This document shows, piece by piece, positions 12,622-26,529 of a stretch of 64,000 nt of DNA. Both the position numbers and the translations under genes were made by a program. The DNA comes from Squalus acanthias (taxonomy: Eukaryota). The stretch is from NCBI GenBank assembly GCA_030390025.1, contig JASTWF010000036.1:3908001-3972000 (forward strand), read 5' to 3'. Within the stretch, counting starts at the first letter, position 1; each line of letters opens with the position of its first letter. Below the pieces are notes generated by a model, which was not told the origin of the DNA, made no database searches, and saw only the letters and a list, made by a program, of their open reading frames with translations.

Positions 12622-15059
12622 GTATGTTGTAAAGCCTTCAGACCTCTTTGATTGTGTCACTTGAGTGTGAAGTGTGGACTGGCAGCCGCGTGCATTTGCG
12701 TAGATCGTTTTGCTCAACCCTTATTCCCCTGCCCCCACAGTCCAGGATTGCTCCCCCAGTTTTCCGCCTGTATCCGATTTGTCGGGAAGGATTTAAAAGT
12801 TGCGCTTTATCACACGGGCGCAACCATTGGGAGGGATGAGGGTGTGTGTGCCCGACCCCTCCGAATATTTTTACCATGAATTATGATACTCACCCCCAAC
12901 CCCTGCTTCTAATCCTGCAGTTGCCCTGACTGCTCCCCACCCACTTCTTAACATGTGGGTTCTGCTTTTGCTTTATTGTAAGGCTACTAAAATATTGGGG
13001 CTGTAACATTTCAGTCACTATCTCACTGGTTGCCCGCGTGGTGTTTTCATTAGTGAATGTCGACCCTGCCACGTGCAGAAGGCCTATTTTTGCTTTGTAG
13101 GTGACAGATTTGACTTTCACCAGCACTGTCCACTTAAGAAAGTGACTGACATTTCCTGTTGCCTCTTACCCCTCCCTCCCCTTTCCCCAGGGGCTCTCAT
13201 GGCTGGCATTGTTACTGGGGCAGAATCGCTTCCCTTCCTCTCGCCCCGCCCTACCTGTGACTAAAGTTTTCTGTGGGCACGTGACTCGGGGCTGCAAGCC
13301 TCTGATTGGCTTGACCGGTTCGGACTACGAGGAAACCCAACTTGCTCCGTTCCTAGTAAATTAATTTGTACCCCCCTCCCCGCCCCCCCAATCCCAACCC
13401 CAACCCCGGCTTATCTGTCCACCTCACTTCACATCGGAGCTGTCCACTTTGGCCATCCCGGTTTCTCACTCCGTTGGTCTTTGCATGCTTCTCTGATGCA
13501 TTTGCTTAAACCGTTCACCAATCTGGTGCTTTACTGCCAAGTGCTTTTGGTACAAAGGGATTTGCTGCTGCTGGTATCTGAATGGCGTTTTGTGTCTCTA
13601 ACATTTTGCAATTTTTCTTCACCTGCGTTTTGACACCATCCCTTCCTCCTCCCTTCCCTCCAGAGAGCTGGATGGAATGCTGCACCTCTGCAGGCACTCT
13701 TCATCTTACTAGAAGGTAATGTGGCAATGTAGATGGCTCCTCCTCTTTGCCCCACCGCTAAGCTGGATGGAGGTCTTGCTTGGTTATTGACCTTGCTGCA
13801 GCACCTGGGGAGTTTGACCTCCATCGGGCCTCTTTACAGATAGAGATTATTGTCTGAGCAGGATCGTCTGCCACTTGTCTCAGTGGAACACGCGCTACAA
13901 CCTCTGGGGACACTTGTGGAGGAGTCCCATCACCCAAATTTGCGCATTTCTGGATGAAAGGTTGGCGGCACTGCAGTCTGCCATGGAGCATGTGGAACAC
14001 CAGTGGCATTTGCAGTGGAGACCTCATGGGCATGGCCCATAGGCACAGTGGGGGCATCCCTCGTGAATGCTTCGATTGCTCCTTTGGAAACCATATGGGT
14101 CCAGACTCCAAGATGCCAGTTCCAACTCGCTTGGAAAAAAGTTGCACAACCATGACGCAGGGATTCACAGACCTTGTAGATGCCCAAAGCTGTGCTCTCC
14201 GACGGATTATTGGCCATGGGAAGGAGCGAGCCTTCAGCAGGCGCGTGCATGTAGCGGTCAAGGTTCTTGCCATGGTGCCAAATCCAGGCCATCAAGCACT
14301 TTTGCAGCGGCGAGGGCAGATGTGCCAGAAGGCAGGCAGAGCCAGGCTGCTCGAACAGTGCCAGATGCAGCTGGCTCCGATGCTGGCCCCTTGGAGCTCT
14401 CGTACCACTGCAATCCCAGCAGACCAGCAGGGAAACCAACACAGCCTGCCAGCATACCTACTCCTGGCATTAGGGCATCAGGAGTAGTATGATTGATGGC
14501 TCACACCACATGCACATGCGGCACAAGCGGAAAGTAGTGTGCAAAATCACGCTGGTGACATTCACGGCACACAGAATGGTAGAAATAAAAACCTCGACGT
14601 TACTCTTGGTGACGGACAATTCATCTATTCAGAGGACATTCCTTTATCCACTATTCTCATGGAGACTAACTCATTTTGCAATGTGAGAGTTACCACCGGT
14701 GTAATAACAAACGAAGGAATGTCTTACGAATGCGTTAATTGTCCACCAAGTAATATGGACAGCAGCAATTTTCAGCTTAAAAGCACTGGACTTGAACTCT
14801 TGTGTTGTACGAGCGCTCAGGGAAAAGCAGCACCAGACTAAGAGCTATGATAAGGACAGAACATGAAACAAATGTGCAGCAGAAAGTGAGACTGGAAAGA
14901 CACATGGGCAGATTTGGAGTGTTGGCATTTTGAATCCGCTCACAGTCGGGCTCTTTGGAAAGCATCGCATGTTGGTGCAGTCTTTCTGCCTTGCACTGGT
15001 ACTCGTGTTTGTTGTCCTCACTCTGGGCCTTCAGCGTTGCCATGACCGGTGGATTCTGC

Positions 15060-15620
15060 TCCTCCCTCCACGAGGAGACCTCTTTGAAGAGCAACGTTGT
15101 GCATCATGCTCCAAGCAATCATTCCAAAGATATTTTGGGGGTTGTACTGTGCGGTAGCCCCCACCCCCCCTCTCCCCTCCTCACTCAATCCAAACATCTG
15201 AAGTGCTGCTTGAGGAGCCCAATCGTAAGTTGGCTGATCGTCCTTGCCCTATTTTGCTTGAATCGGGCGCGTGCCAGTGGCTTCCACCCAATGCCACAAA
15301 ACAACGATCACTTCCAGATAAGGGTGCCCACCGGTCATGAGATGCTTGAAGCGAACTGGTGGGCACCATGTGATCTGGCTCCAGGGTCACCCAGGCATGC
15401 ACAAGTCCTTGGCAGAGAGGCAAGCAGCTGGAGAACCACCCCCATCCCCACCCTCACTCTGCAAGGTGATGCAAGAGTGCCACGGCTCTGGATTGAGCCA
15501 GGATCTTTTGGATCGTTAGTTTAGCACTCCCCAAACCTATCTACTGCAGAGTCTGACAGCATGATTGATGGATGGACATCCATTCGCGAAAAACTGGACC
15601 TATGATCATCCTTGTCGTGT
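15060..15620 (-). mobile_element. Degenerate PIF/Harbinger (HARBI1-like) transposase relic
   Basis: minus strand TIGLLKQHFRCLD* then QYNPQNIFGMIAWSMMHNVALQRGL, matching the Harbinger C-terminal motif IG.LK.RFRCL...LQY.P...LHN; boundaries uncertain. Confidence 0.7.
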
Positions 15621-16293
15621 TGGTGAGCCTTGTTGTACCTGTTTTCGGCTGTAGTTTGAGAGGCGCAAAAGTGGCATCAGTTGTGGCAGCAGTGGGTATC
15701 CTTACCCTCCGATCTTCCTTTCCCTTCAAACAACGGCGGCATTGTGGACTGCCTTTAAAATGACGGCATTGTGTGTGCTCCCGGGCAGCGGGCATTTATC
15801 TGCATGATTCTGACCCAATGGGCGCATACCCGCTGATGAAGTCAAAGCCTTCGCAATTCATGTTGGGGCATTGCTCCACGCCCAGGGGCCCAAACTGCAA
15901 CCCGGGTACAGTCGGTAACTTCCGGTGCTCTTGGGCAGCCAGCAAAGGGATCGAAATAATTGCACGAAGCGAGGACGCTGCAAAAAGAAAAATGGTGCAA
16001 GCTGGATTTTAGATGCCAATTTTGCCCGCATTTGCAAGCTTAACAATGCCAAGGCATGAATTCAGCGCTATAACGGCAAGCCAGCCATTCCGTGCCGGGA
16101 ATCATTCTGTAATGCGCGATCAAGCCGGGCAAAAGATGCGGCACTCTTGAAATGACTCGCTTGGAGCGCGTGTGGGAAATTAACCCCCTCACCCCCCCAG
16201 AGTAATTTTCAGTTGTAAAGGCTCTGATGACTGTTTTGGTGATTCGAGTTTAGTTTACTGGACTAAAGCGTTGACTTCCCTCTTCTCTTGTAG

Positions 16294-16528
16294 GTATGAT
16301 TTGAAGACCCTGCCCCTGGACTTTGTGGAGTGTCTGAATCGCTTCCTGCCTTTAGAGAATGAGGTGAAGCTTCTGAAGCAGTACGAGAAGGAGCGGAAAC
16401 CACTCGACGACCTGTCCAATGAGGACCGCTTCATGCTGCAGTTCTGCAAAATTGAGCGCCTCTCTCAGCGCATGACCATCATGACGTTTGTCGGCAACTT
16501 CTCCGAAAATATTCAGATGTTGAATCCG
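16294..16528 (+). CDS. FMNL3: FMNL3 exon, FH2
   Basis: ctcttgtag|GTATGAT...CCG|gtaggt; [19 protein letters not shown]...[14 protein letters not shown]; 235 nt, phase 2 to 0. Confidence 0.97.
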
Positions 16529-17417
16529 GTAGGTCTCCTTCATCTTTAAATATGGGGCAATAGGGAGGGGGTGGCGGGGAGGTAAGCCACATTTCCAGTG
16601 TTTGATATAGAGAGAACATTCCAAGTATTGGAGCGACATTAGCAATTCACTGACAATATTCTGCAGTTATATCCTGGTATGTTTCTATCAATAAACACAA
16701 GAAGTTCCCCAATGATGGTAAATACACCATTCGTTGTGGTCCTGCGCTATGTGGACCAGCAAGATCCCAGGCTCAATCACCATTTGTTTTGGCTTGGCTG
16801 AGCTCTGCTATGATAGCATTAGGCCATGACAATTGCCCTCCGCACCCCATGCATTGAAGACTATGATACTGGATGACCCAGCTACTTTCTCTGATGAGGG
16901 CTGATCTATCTTTCACCTTAGAAGTGAATCGCTAGGGTTTCTTTTTACACGAGACATCTCCCGAACCCCTCCCTCATTCCCGACTCAATCCTCTTTCTTT
17001 CCATTTCCTTTATCTCTTATCCTCCCGCAATTCCACCCCCCACCCCCGGCCCTTTCCTTTTCTTCCTCTTCTCCCTCTTCTCCTCCTCCTCCTCCCCCCG
17101 CCCCTTTCCTTCCCCCCCCCCCCCCCAAACCAAGCCCTTTCTTCCCCCCCCCCCTTTCCCCTCCCTCCCCCACCCGGCAGCCCTCCCTACAGCTGCAGAT
17201 TGCTGTTGTAAATGACCTCGGGCTAGTTGCTTTATATCTTTGACCTTCATCAACTGTTCAGTAAATTGAAAAGTAAATTTTGTTGTGAAATCCCCTGAAC
17301 CCTATGTTCCAATATATTTACACGATGGGTTTCATAACATTAGTATCTGAGATCAACATCTGTATACCAATATATAGAATCTATATAAGATATTTACCTT
17401 CTAACTTTTTCTTCTAG

Positions 17418-17486
17418 CAACTGAATGCAATAATAGCTGCTTCTGCATCTATTAAGACCTCACAGAAGTTGAAGAGAATGTTGGAG
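17418..17486 (+). CDS. FMNL3: FMNL3 exon, FH2
   Basis: tttcttctag|CAA...GAG|gtgagt; QLNAIIAASASIKTSQKLKRMLE; 69 nt. Confidence 0.96.
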
Positions 17487-17711
17487 GTGAGTGTGCTTTC
17501 GTTATAATTCCAATCGGGATAAGATCTGCACAGTATATTCGAACAGCCATGGAGTAAGACTCAAGAGTGATTTCACCCATATCAAGTTGCCAGATTCTGC
17601 TGTGCTGATGCCAGACAGTTCTGCAGGGGAGGGTATATTTGAGGACCAGTTACCATGTGTCATTCTTGCCCATCTCCTCAAAGTCAGTTTAAACCAGCCT
17701 AGGCAGAGAAA

Positions 17712-18153
17712 GAAAAACTTGCAATTATATAGCACCTCTCATGACCTCAGGACAGTCCCAAAACGCATTGCAGCCAATGAAGTACGTTTGAAGTGTAGTC
17801 ACTGTTGTAATGTAGGAAACACAGCAAGATCCCACAAACAGCAGTGACATAATGACCAGCTCATCTGTTTTAGTGATATTGGTTGAGTGTTTAAATGACG
17901 GCCAGGAAAACTGTTAAATGATGGCCAGGACACCAGGGATAACTCCTCTGCTCTTCTTCGAAATAGTGCTATGGGATCTTTTATGTCCACCTGAGAGAGC
18001 AGACCTCTCAGTTTAACTTCTCACCTGAAAGACGGCACCTCCGACAGTGTCCAGGAGTGTCAGCCTGGATTTTGTGCTCAAGTCTCTGGAGTGGGACTTG
18101 AACCCACAACCTTCTGACTCAGAGATGAGAGTGCTACCCACTGAGCCACAGCT
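17712..18153 (-). mobile_element. Deu-domain tRNA SINE (SacSINE1-like)
   Basis: tRNA head, gccgtctttcag...aaagatcccatagcactatttcgaagaagagcag core, L2-like tail. Confidence 0.85.
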
Positions 18154-18614
18154 GGCACTGGGTGGGCTGTGAGCAGGTGGTTCTTCTCCTGGGAAAAGGA
18201 TCGGTAAAAATTCTCATCCAAAATTGACGAGCTAGTTTAATTTCACCCTTCATAGTTATACTTGCATGACTACACCAGTGTAAAAACAGGGTTGAGACCA
18301 TCGCAGTGCAACTTGCTTTAAGCCCTGGTGACTATGCAGTCTTGTACGTATACCCGCATGTCCCTAGGTTTGAGAACTGCTTGAATTCAGCTTCTCTGCT
18401 GCAGAAGAGTCTCTGTGACGGTCTCCCCTACCCTGCCATTTGACAACAACAACAACTTGCATTTATATAGCGCCTTTAACGTAGTAAAACGTCCCAAGGT
18501 ACTTCACAGGAGCGTTATCAAACAAAATTTGACACCGAGCCACATAAAGAGACTTTAGTCAGGAAAGAGGTAGATTTTAAGGAGGAGAGAGAGGCGGAGA
18601 GGTTTAGGGAGGGA

Positions 18615-20030
18615 ACCCCGCTATTTAAGAAAGGAGGGAGAGAGAAAACATCAGTAGTTGGGAAAATGCTGGAATCTATTATAAAGGATGCAATAACTGG
18701 GCACTTAAAAACTAATAGTAAGATTGGGCAGAGTCAACATGGATTTATGAAAGGGAAATCCTGTTTGACAAACCTATTGGAGTTCTTTGAGGATGTAACT
18801 AGTGGAGTAGACAAAGGGGAACCGGTATTTGTGGTGTATCTGGATTTTCAGAAGGCCTTCGATAAGGTCCCACACGAGGTTGGTGAACAAAATTAGGGCA
18901 CATGGAATTGGGGGTAATATACTAGCATGGATTGAGAATTGGTTAACAGACAGAAAACAAAGAGTAGGGCTAAACGGGTTTTTTTCAGGATGGCAGGCTG
19001 TGACTAGTGGGGTACCACAAGGATCGGTGCTTGGGCCCCAGCTATTCACAATCTATATCAATGATTAGGATGAGGGGACTAAATGTAACATTTCCAAATT
19101 TGCTGATGATACAAAGCTAGGTGGTAGTGTCAGTTGCGAAGAGGATGTGAAGAGGCTTCAAGGGGATCTCGACAGGCTCAGTGAGTGGGCGAGAACATGG
19201 CAGATGGAATATAATGTGGATAAATGTGAAGTTATCCACTTTGGTAGAAAAAACAGAAAGGCAGAGTATTTCCTAAATGGTGAAAGATTGGGGAATGCAG
19301 ATGCTCAAAGGGACCTGGGTGTCCTTGTACATGAGACACTGAAAGTGAATGTGCAAGTGCAGCAAGCCGTTAGGAAGGCAAATGGTATGCTGGCCTTCAT
19401 TACAAGAGAATTTGAGTACAGGAGTAAAGAAGTCTTACTCCAATTATATAGGGCCTTGGTGAGACCACACCTGGAGTACTGTGTACAATTTTGGTCTCCT
19501 TACCTAAGGAAGGATATACTTGCCATAGAGGGAGTGCAATGAAGGTTCACAAGATTGATTCCTGGGATGGCGGGACTGTCGTATGAGAAGAGATTGAGTA
19601 AACTAGGCCTGTATTCTCTTGAATTCAGAAGAGTGCGAGGGGATCTCCTTGAAGCATACAAAATTATTACAGGGCTTGATAGGGTGGATGCTGGGAGAAT
19701 GTTTCCCTTGGCTGGGGAGTCTAGAACCAGGGGCCACAGCCTCAGGATAAAGGGTAGGCCATTCAGGACTGAGATGAGAAGAAATTTCTTCACACAGAGG
19801 GTGGTGAATCTTTGGAATTCTCTACCCCAGAGGGCTGTGGAGGCTCAGTCATTGGGTATATTCAAAACAGAAGTCGATAGATTTCTGACTAGTAAAGGCA
19901 TCAAGGGATATGGCGATAGGGCCGGTGAATGGAGTTGAGGCAGAAGATCAGCCATGATCTCATTGAATGGCGGAGCAGGCTCGAAGGGCCGAATGGCCTA
20001 CTCATGCTCCTATTTCTTATGTTCTTATGG
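18615..20030 (+). mobile_element. CR1 LINE, RT to 3' end
   Basis: [38 protein letters not shown], in-frame stops, ttatgttcttatg tail. Confidence 0.95.
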
Positions 20031-20625
20031 AATTCCAGAGCTTAGGGCCCAGGCAGCTGAAGGCATTACACAAATCTGTACACTTACAAGGTGGCTAAGG
20101 AAGCTCTGGAAATATTTTGAAGAAATACATTTAGGGAGTAACAAACATGAGAAGTGCAATCTAATTCAGAAATAAAAAAGCTAATTCTGCTTGGAGTGGA
20201 GTGGGAAGTGGGGAAAAGATGTTGCTTCCAAGAAAAAAAAATTGTAAAAACGCATGCATAACCAATTGGTCACAAATTAATCCCAGTAAAATGACGTGCG
20301 TTATATACATCATGTGGAAAAGCAGCAATCTTAGTGTCACAGAGCTTTGCTTATAACCTTTTTCATTTCAATCAACTGTGATCGGACTAAATTGGGATCA
20401 TTTCCTACTCCAGAAGAGTATCTGAATTACCTGCTTGTATTTGAGTGTGTGCCTGTGTTGTTTAATGAACCTCTTTGCCAAGGCCTATGATCCCGGTCAG
20501 TGTCCTGTTCAAGGTCCTCTTTCTGGAATCCTGCCGCACGCTGCGGTGTGGGATTTCAATCCCGCCACGGTGGCCAATTGTTGACTGGAGACCAGGGACT
20601 TCCCAAAAGATAATAACTGATCAAA

Positions 20626-21067
20626 CAAAGAACTTGCATTTCTATAGCGCCTTTCACAACCTCCAGGACGTCCCAAAGCCCTTTACAGCCACTGAAGTAC
20701 TTTTTGAAGTGTCGTCACTGTTGTAATGTAGGAAACGCGACAGGCAATTTGTGCACAGCAAGCTCCCACAAACAATGAGATAATGACTAATCTGTTTTAG
20801 TGATTACAAAGTATCTACAGCACAGAAACAGGCTATTCAGCCCAACAGGTCCATGCCGGTGATGTTGCTTGAGGGATAAATATTGGTCAGGACACCGGGT
20901 AGAACTCCCCTGCTCTTCTTCGAAATAGTGGCCGTGTGATCTTTTATGTCCACCTGAGGGGGCAGATGGGGCCTCGGTTTAACGTCTCATCTGAAAGACG
21001 GCACCTCCGACAGTGCAGCATTCCCTCAGTACTGCACTGGGAGTGTCAGCCTGGATTATGTGCTCAA
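20626..21067 (-). mobile_element. Deu-domain SINE with nested CR1 tail fragment
   Basis: same family as 17712-18153; CR1 tail piece about 20805-20860. Confidence 0.8.
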
Positions 21068-21515
21068 ATAAAAGCTGTCTAAGGGACCACAATTGTGGAA
21101 ATTAGTGCTATTTGTCCAGTTGAAGCTGGGGCAGTCCCAACTCTCCTAATAGTTGTCGTCTTTATACTGAAGGGCAATGAAAAGCAAAGGAAATGGGCAG
21201 CACTGAATCCCAGCTCCGTCGGCATCCCAGAGCTGGGCAGGCTGCAACTGGATGGCCAGCAGCACATTGAGCAGTAGGTCCTCCGACAGCCATAGATGAA
21301 GGAAAGTAGGCCGCAAGTGGCTGTACTGCGAGTACCACTGGTCTGCAATATGCCTGTCCCATAAAGGGATGTGTCTGTACTAATAGTGAACTCGTGCAGC
21401 GCGCTCTGCGATCACAACTGCCTTTAATGCTGCTGGAGCTTATACGGAGCAACTGTCTTTTGCCATACTCTTTGTAACGTATCTAATAGTGTGTCTTTCT
21501 ACCCCCCCACCCCAG

Positions 21516-21596
21516 ATTATTCTGGCACTCGGTAACTACATGAACAGCAGTAAAAGAGGAGCTGTGTACGGCTTCAAACTGCAGAGCTTGGACCTG
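21516..21596 (+). CDS. FMNL3: FMNL3 exon, FH2 GNYMN motif
   Basis: ccccag|ATT...CTG|gtatgt; [27 protein letters not shown]; 81 nt. Confidence 0.98.
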
Positions 21597-22739
21597 GTAT
21601 GTATAATATTCCATTCACAGTCTCTGCAGGGTAATGTACTGATGATGCCTCTCATTCTAAAGACTGGTGCAATCTGCTCCATGAGAGTATTCTTTATTAA
21701 GTGTGTGGTAATATATTTGAAGTGTGCAGGTTTAGAGCGTGCCCTCGCCCCACAAAATAAAGCCTATTAATTGCTAATTTGCTTGTGTAGGCAATCCTGG
21801 AGCAGTCCAAGCTGGTATTTGACCCTAATCTCTATATCTCGACTTCCCTCATCTTCTGTCCCTACTCTTTCAATCTTGGGTGAGGTCCTGCCCTGTGGGG
21901 CCTTGGCAGTTTCTGAACTTGCAAGGCGAGCTTTTCTCACTGTGAAAGACAGCAGAGAGGGGAATGGGAAAGCTTTCCACTTTTGCCCAGCGGTGTGGGC
22001 ATTCTGGGTCAGCGGTTGCTTGGGTTCGAGGAAGAGCGCGGCTGTCTCTCCACTGACCCTGGTGTCGGAGGGGAGCCTGTGCCTGTGCATCATCTCACCT
22101 CTGGCCCCAGCCACCCGTGGGCCGGCCATTTCTGAATGGTGTCCAGCTTCTGGTGGCTGTTATGTTGTGCTGAAGTTCAGCGCGCTCGAAGCCACCTCCT
22201 GTTTGTACCTTTTACAGTCAGCAGCAAGGAGACTTGCAGAGAGAGAGGTGTTCATCTAGCTAGTCTAGGCTGGATTTAAACCTAAGTTCCAGAGACAGAA
22301 AGACAGTCTTGTAACTGCCTGATTTCCCCCATTCCTTCCGCCCCCCCCCCACCCCCACAGGATTAGTTGTTTCTGGACAAACACATAACTTGGTCTAAAT
22401 ATAGAAGCTCAGTTTATCAAAATCACATTCCATTCACTTCTGCTCTGTAGCGTTACTGACCGAAACAGGATGTGCTTTCCAACTGTTTATTTCATGCACT
22501 TGAGTGTTAAAAAAGCAGACAGACCATTGCCAACATTTCAGCCTGTGATCAGCGCATTTTAGGAGGTTTGAAAAAAAAAACAGGAAATGCTGGAAACACA
22601 CAGTCTCTGAAGGTGGCGGGAGAGAGGGGGAAAAGCAGATGAGTGTTTCAGGGATAGAACTTTTGTCCAGGCCCACCTGAAACGTTCAAATATAGGGGCA
22701 GACTATAACCTCGACCCCAATATTTTTTTTATTTTTTTC

Positions 22740-23075
22740 CCCCTTGTCTTCTCACATGGTAGCCATTGATGATTCTGCCATCGCCATTCACACCTCATCT
22801 AGAGTCGTCTTTTGTTTCTTAACTTGTCCCGTTACCTTTTTTTTTTGCCTCGCACCATCATCCCTTTTGTCAGTCAGTCTCTCCTGCCTTCCAGCCTATC
22901 ACCAGCCTTCCCTTTGTTCTTTCCTCCCCTCCTCCCTGCCTCTGCTTAAAAATCTTTCTTCTCTCTCCTTGTCCAGTTCCGACGAAGGGTTCTCCACCCG
23001 AAACGTTGACTCTGTTTCTCCCTCCTCGATGCTGCCTGACCCGCTGAGTGTTTCCAGCATTTTCTGCTGTTATTT
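22740..23075 (+). mobile_element. Penelope-like terminal repeat with degenerate hammerhead; inverted partial copy at about 22575-22690
   Basis: agtt CCGACGA agggt tctcc accc GAAA cgtt gact; gatgctgcctgacccgctgagtgtttccagcattttctg. Confidence 0.6.
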
Positions 23076-23189
23076 GAGACATTAACCTTTTTGTTTCTCT
23101 TTTTCGGAGGCTGGCCGGCCTGTTGGGGCATTCCCAGCCCTTTCAACTGTACCTTCAGTCACCTCCTGTAACTTCTTTCCATTCTCTTA

Positions 23190-23670
23190 GCTAGAAGGTT
23201 GAGGGGCTGATCTGATCAAGGCGTTTAAAATGTTGAAAGGATTCGATAGGGTAGATACAGAGAAACCATTTCCTCTGGTGGCAGACTACAAAATGAGGGA
23301 GCTCAATGTTAGAGTTAGGTGAAATCAGGAACCACTTTTTCACATGAAGGGTAGTGGAAATCTGGAAAACTCGCCCCCAAAAGGCTGTGGATGCTGGGGG
23401 ACAATTGGAGCTTTCAAAACTGAGATGAAAGTGGAGATGAGGTAGAAGATCAGCCATGATCTTATTGAATGGCGGAGCAGGCTCGAAGGGCCAAATGGCC
23501 TACTCCTGCTCCGATTTCTTATGTTCTTATTGGTAGACTTTTGTTGGTTAAGGGTATCAAGGGACATGGAGCAAAGCTGGGAAAATGGGGTTGAGGTACA
23601 GATCAGCCATGATCTAATTGAATGGCGAACAGGCCCGAGGGGCTGAATAGCCTGCTCCTGTTCCTGCTTG
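23190..23670 (+). mobile_element. CR1 3' end with two tandem tails
   Basis: two successive gatcagccatgatc...ttgaatggcg tail units. Confidence 0.8.
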
Positions 23671-25021
23671 GTGCCCAAAATCCCTTGAGGACTCCCCTGA
23701 GGCGTTTAGTTACATGAGAAGCAGTTTGTTGCTTTTTATTTCCGATTTCCAGCATTCACACAGTTTCATTTTCTTTCCACTGAGGCATTTTTTAGAAATC
23801 TGTTTCTGTGTAAAATGTTTTCAAAAGTGTTTTATTTTTCCCCAAGATTATAACCGCGGCCTAATTTAAATAATTCCAAGTTTGTCAGTTGGCGATTTGT
23901 CATCTCCTCCTATTGGCAGCCACCGCAATCCAAGCACATTTTCGACGAGACAAGTTCAACTGTCCTGAAACCAGCTCTTGGAGCCAAAAGCCTACTGTAC
24001 GTTCACGACTCGGAACCCCCTGTCCTAAAACAGATGGAGGCCGAGCCCGCCCTGCTGTGTCTCTTAGGAAACGTCTCTCTTCGAAAACAGACGTGTTTAG
24101 TGCAGAAGTATTGATTGAAAGCCACAATAATTCTGCCAAACCTTAGATGCTGTTGTTGCATTCTGGTCAATGGAATATCTTGATGGAGGGGGAAAGGAGG
24201 AAATAGCTCAATTCATAGCTGTGAACAATTAACGTCGCTAAAAACCAAAAGATTTAATTGCAGCCTGTGGGACAGCAAAAGAATTCGGCGCACAGCCTGC
24301 TACCTGCAGGGTTCCAACCCTTGATGAAAATGGCAGGAACATTTATTTTTTGCAGTGAAGTGATTGAAGTGGTGGGCAAGCAGGAGTCAAGCGTTCAAGA
24401 TTATGGCTGAGCAATTCATCTCAGGCGGCGGTCAATGGAACTGAATATCGGGCGTGCTGCGTATAACGGGCGGCCGATCCGATACCGCCCGTGACGAATT
24501 TCTTGGCCTGTATTTTGAAGCAAATATTTTTGAATTCTGTAGGATTTGTATCAGTGCAATAAAGCTGCTCCCTAATATCCAAGTAGGTTTAAGTATTAAC
24601 GCATGTGCCAACATTTGAGCTTGAGAACTGAAAAATAAATGGCCGGCCCAAGGAGTCTGGAAGTTGCTGAACCGGATTCCAGTCTAAGTGTTCCATGCTC
24701 TTTGCAAATTATTCACGTCATGCTATTCTCCTTGCAGAAAGTCATTCAGGCAGAGGGTAAAAGTGAAACTGGTATTTCGGGAAGTTTGAAGCATAGTTCA
24801 GCTTTCAATGTTGTTGGTCGTCCGGAGCAGCCACCCTAGCAATCTATCGCTACTCAGATTGGTCAGGTGCCTAGCGCAGGGAGTTTCCATTTCAGATTGA
24901 AAGCCCCAAAAGAGGGAAGTGGGATTGTAGCAACAATAATGTTTTTATGAATGTCGAATATTTTTTTTCCCCCCCAGAGTGGGAATATCTTTAAAAAGAA
25001 GGGGACTTTTTACAGGATTAC

Positions 25022-25248
25022 TGACATAAATCTTGTCATTCATGTGGAAATGACTTATGAAATAATACTGGGCGGCCTGCTGGTGGCGCTGTCCAGGGAG
25101 AGTATAAATACTCGGGCATGGGCCCAGCTTGCTCAGGACATTCTTTAACAGGAACTACTAAAGGACAACTCGATCTCCATGTTGAAAAACAGTTGATTAA
25201 AGCTTTGTTTAACGCTTAGACCAAGTGCCCAGTAGTTTTCTTGCGTCA
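25022..25248 (+). mobile_element. Solo LTR (227 bp)
   Basis: TGAC...GTCA termini, perfect 5-bp TSD ATTAC on both sides, internal TATAAATA and ATTAAA. Confidence 0.8.
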
Positions 25249-25559
25249 ATTACTACATAACGCTAAGTATTATTAAGGGAGATACCTACGCACTAGCTGG
25301 TGTGTTGTAGCCCTTTGTTCTTGTGTTTAATGCTATCAAGCTGCCGCTTTGTATCGCAGCTCCATCCCAGTCACAGTATGACACGTGGGGCTTTAGGCAT
25401 TACCCTCAGTTCGAGAAAGGAACTTGGGATTCCAGCAAATATTCAGGTATCTCCCTTTATCACATTTAGGCTCAAGTGAGAGTTTTGTAAAAGACCCTTT
25501 TTTCCTTTTTAAGATGAGCTACTATTCATTAAAGGAGCTGTACTTCTCAATTAGTATCA

Positions 25560-26015
25560 TAGAAACAGGACTAGGCCATTCAGCCCCTCGAGCCTGTTCT
25601 GCCATTCAATGAGATCATGGCTGATCTGTGACCTAACTCATATACCCGCCTTTGCCCCGTATCCCTTAATACCTTTGATTAACAAAAATCTATCAATCTC
25701 CGGTTTAAAATTAACAATTGATCTAGCATCAATTGCTGTTTGCGGAAGAGAGTTCTAAACTTCTACCACCCTTTGTGTGTAGAAGTGTTTCCTAATTTCA
25801 CTCCTGAAAGGTCTGGCTCTAATTTTTAGACTATGCCCCGAGTCCTAGAATCCCCAACCAGCGGAAATAGTTTCTCTCTATCTACCCTATCTGTTCCCCT
25901 TAATATCCTGAAAACTTTGATCAGATCACCCCTTAACCTTCTAAATTCCAGGGAATATAACCCTAGTTTATGTAATCGCTCCTCGTAATTTAACCCCTGG
26001 AGTCTGAGTATCATT
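25560..26015 (-). mobile_element. CR1 3' end
   Basis: LNYEERLHKLGLYSLEFRRLRGDLIKVF. Confidence 0.88.
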
Positions 26016-26529
26016 CTGCCGTTTAGCACCAAACCCACTGACAGCTAATGATTCTGCTGGACCAGCAACCCAGAGGTCGGTGTTCAAATCCCACCATGAC
26101 CAATTGATGTCACTGGCAGCGAGCAGAGGTCAGAATGAGGGTGATTGGGGTGGGGCGGGGCAGGCTGCCTCTTGGGACCCATGGAAACGGTCCCCGGCAA
26201 GTTAAGTATGGATTGGAAGATGGCAGCAAGACCGTAATCGGGGGAGGGAGGGGGAAAGCTGGGGTAGGGGAGGCCCAAGGCACTCCTGCTTCTCCTGGCC
26301 CACAAGGGACCTTTTTTGAAAAGTTTAAAAAAAAATATATGCCTGGGCCTCCTGTGGTCTTGACCATTTGCTGCAGTCTGCTGTCTCTGGCAGTGACGCC
26401 ATCAGGATGCGACGTGGCCATTTAAATTAGGCCCCCACCCTTCTGGGGCAGGCGCCCTTCCTGTGCCTGAATTCAGGCAAGTAAAAAAATTGAGGCGGGA
26501 ATGTGACGGGAATTCCTCCACCACAACCG

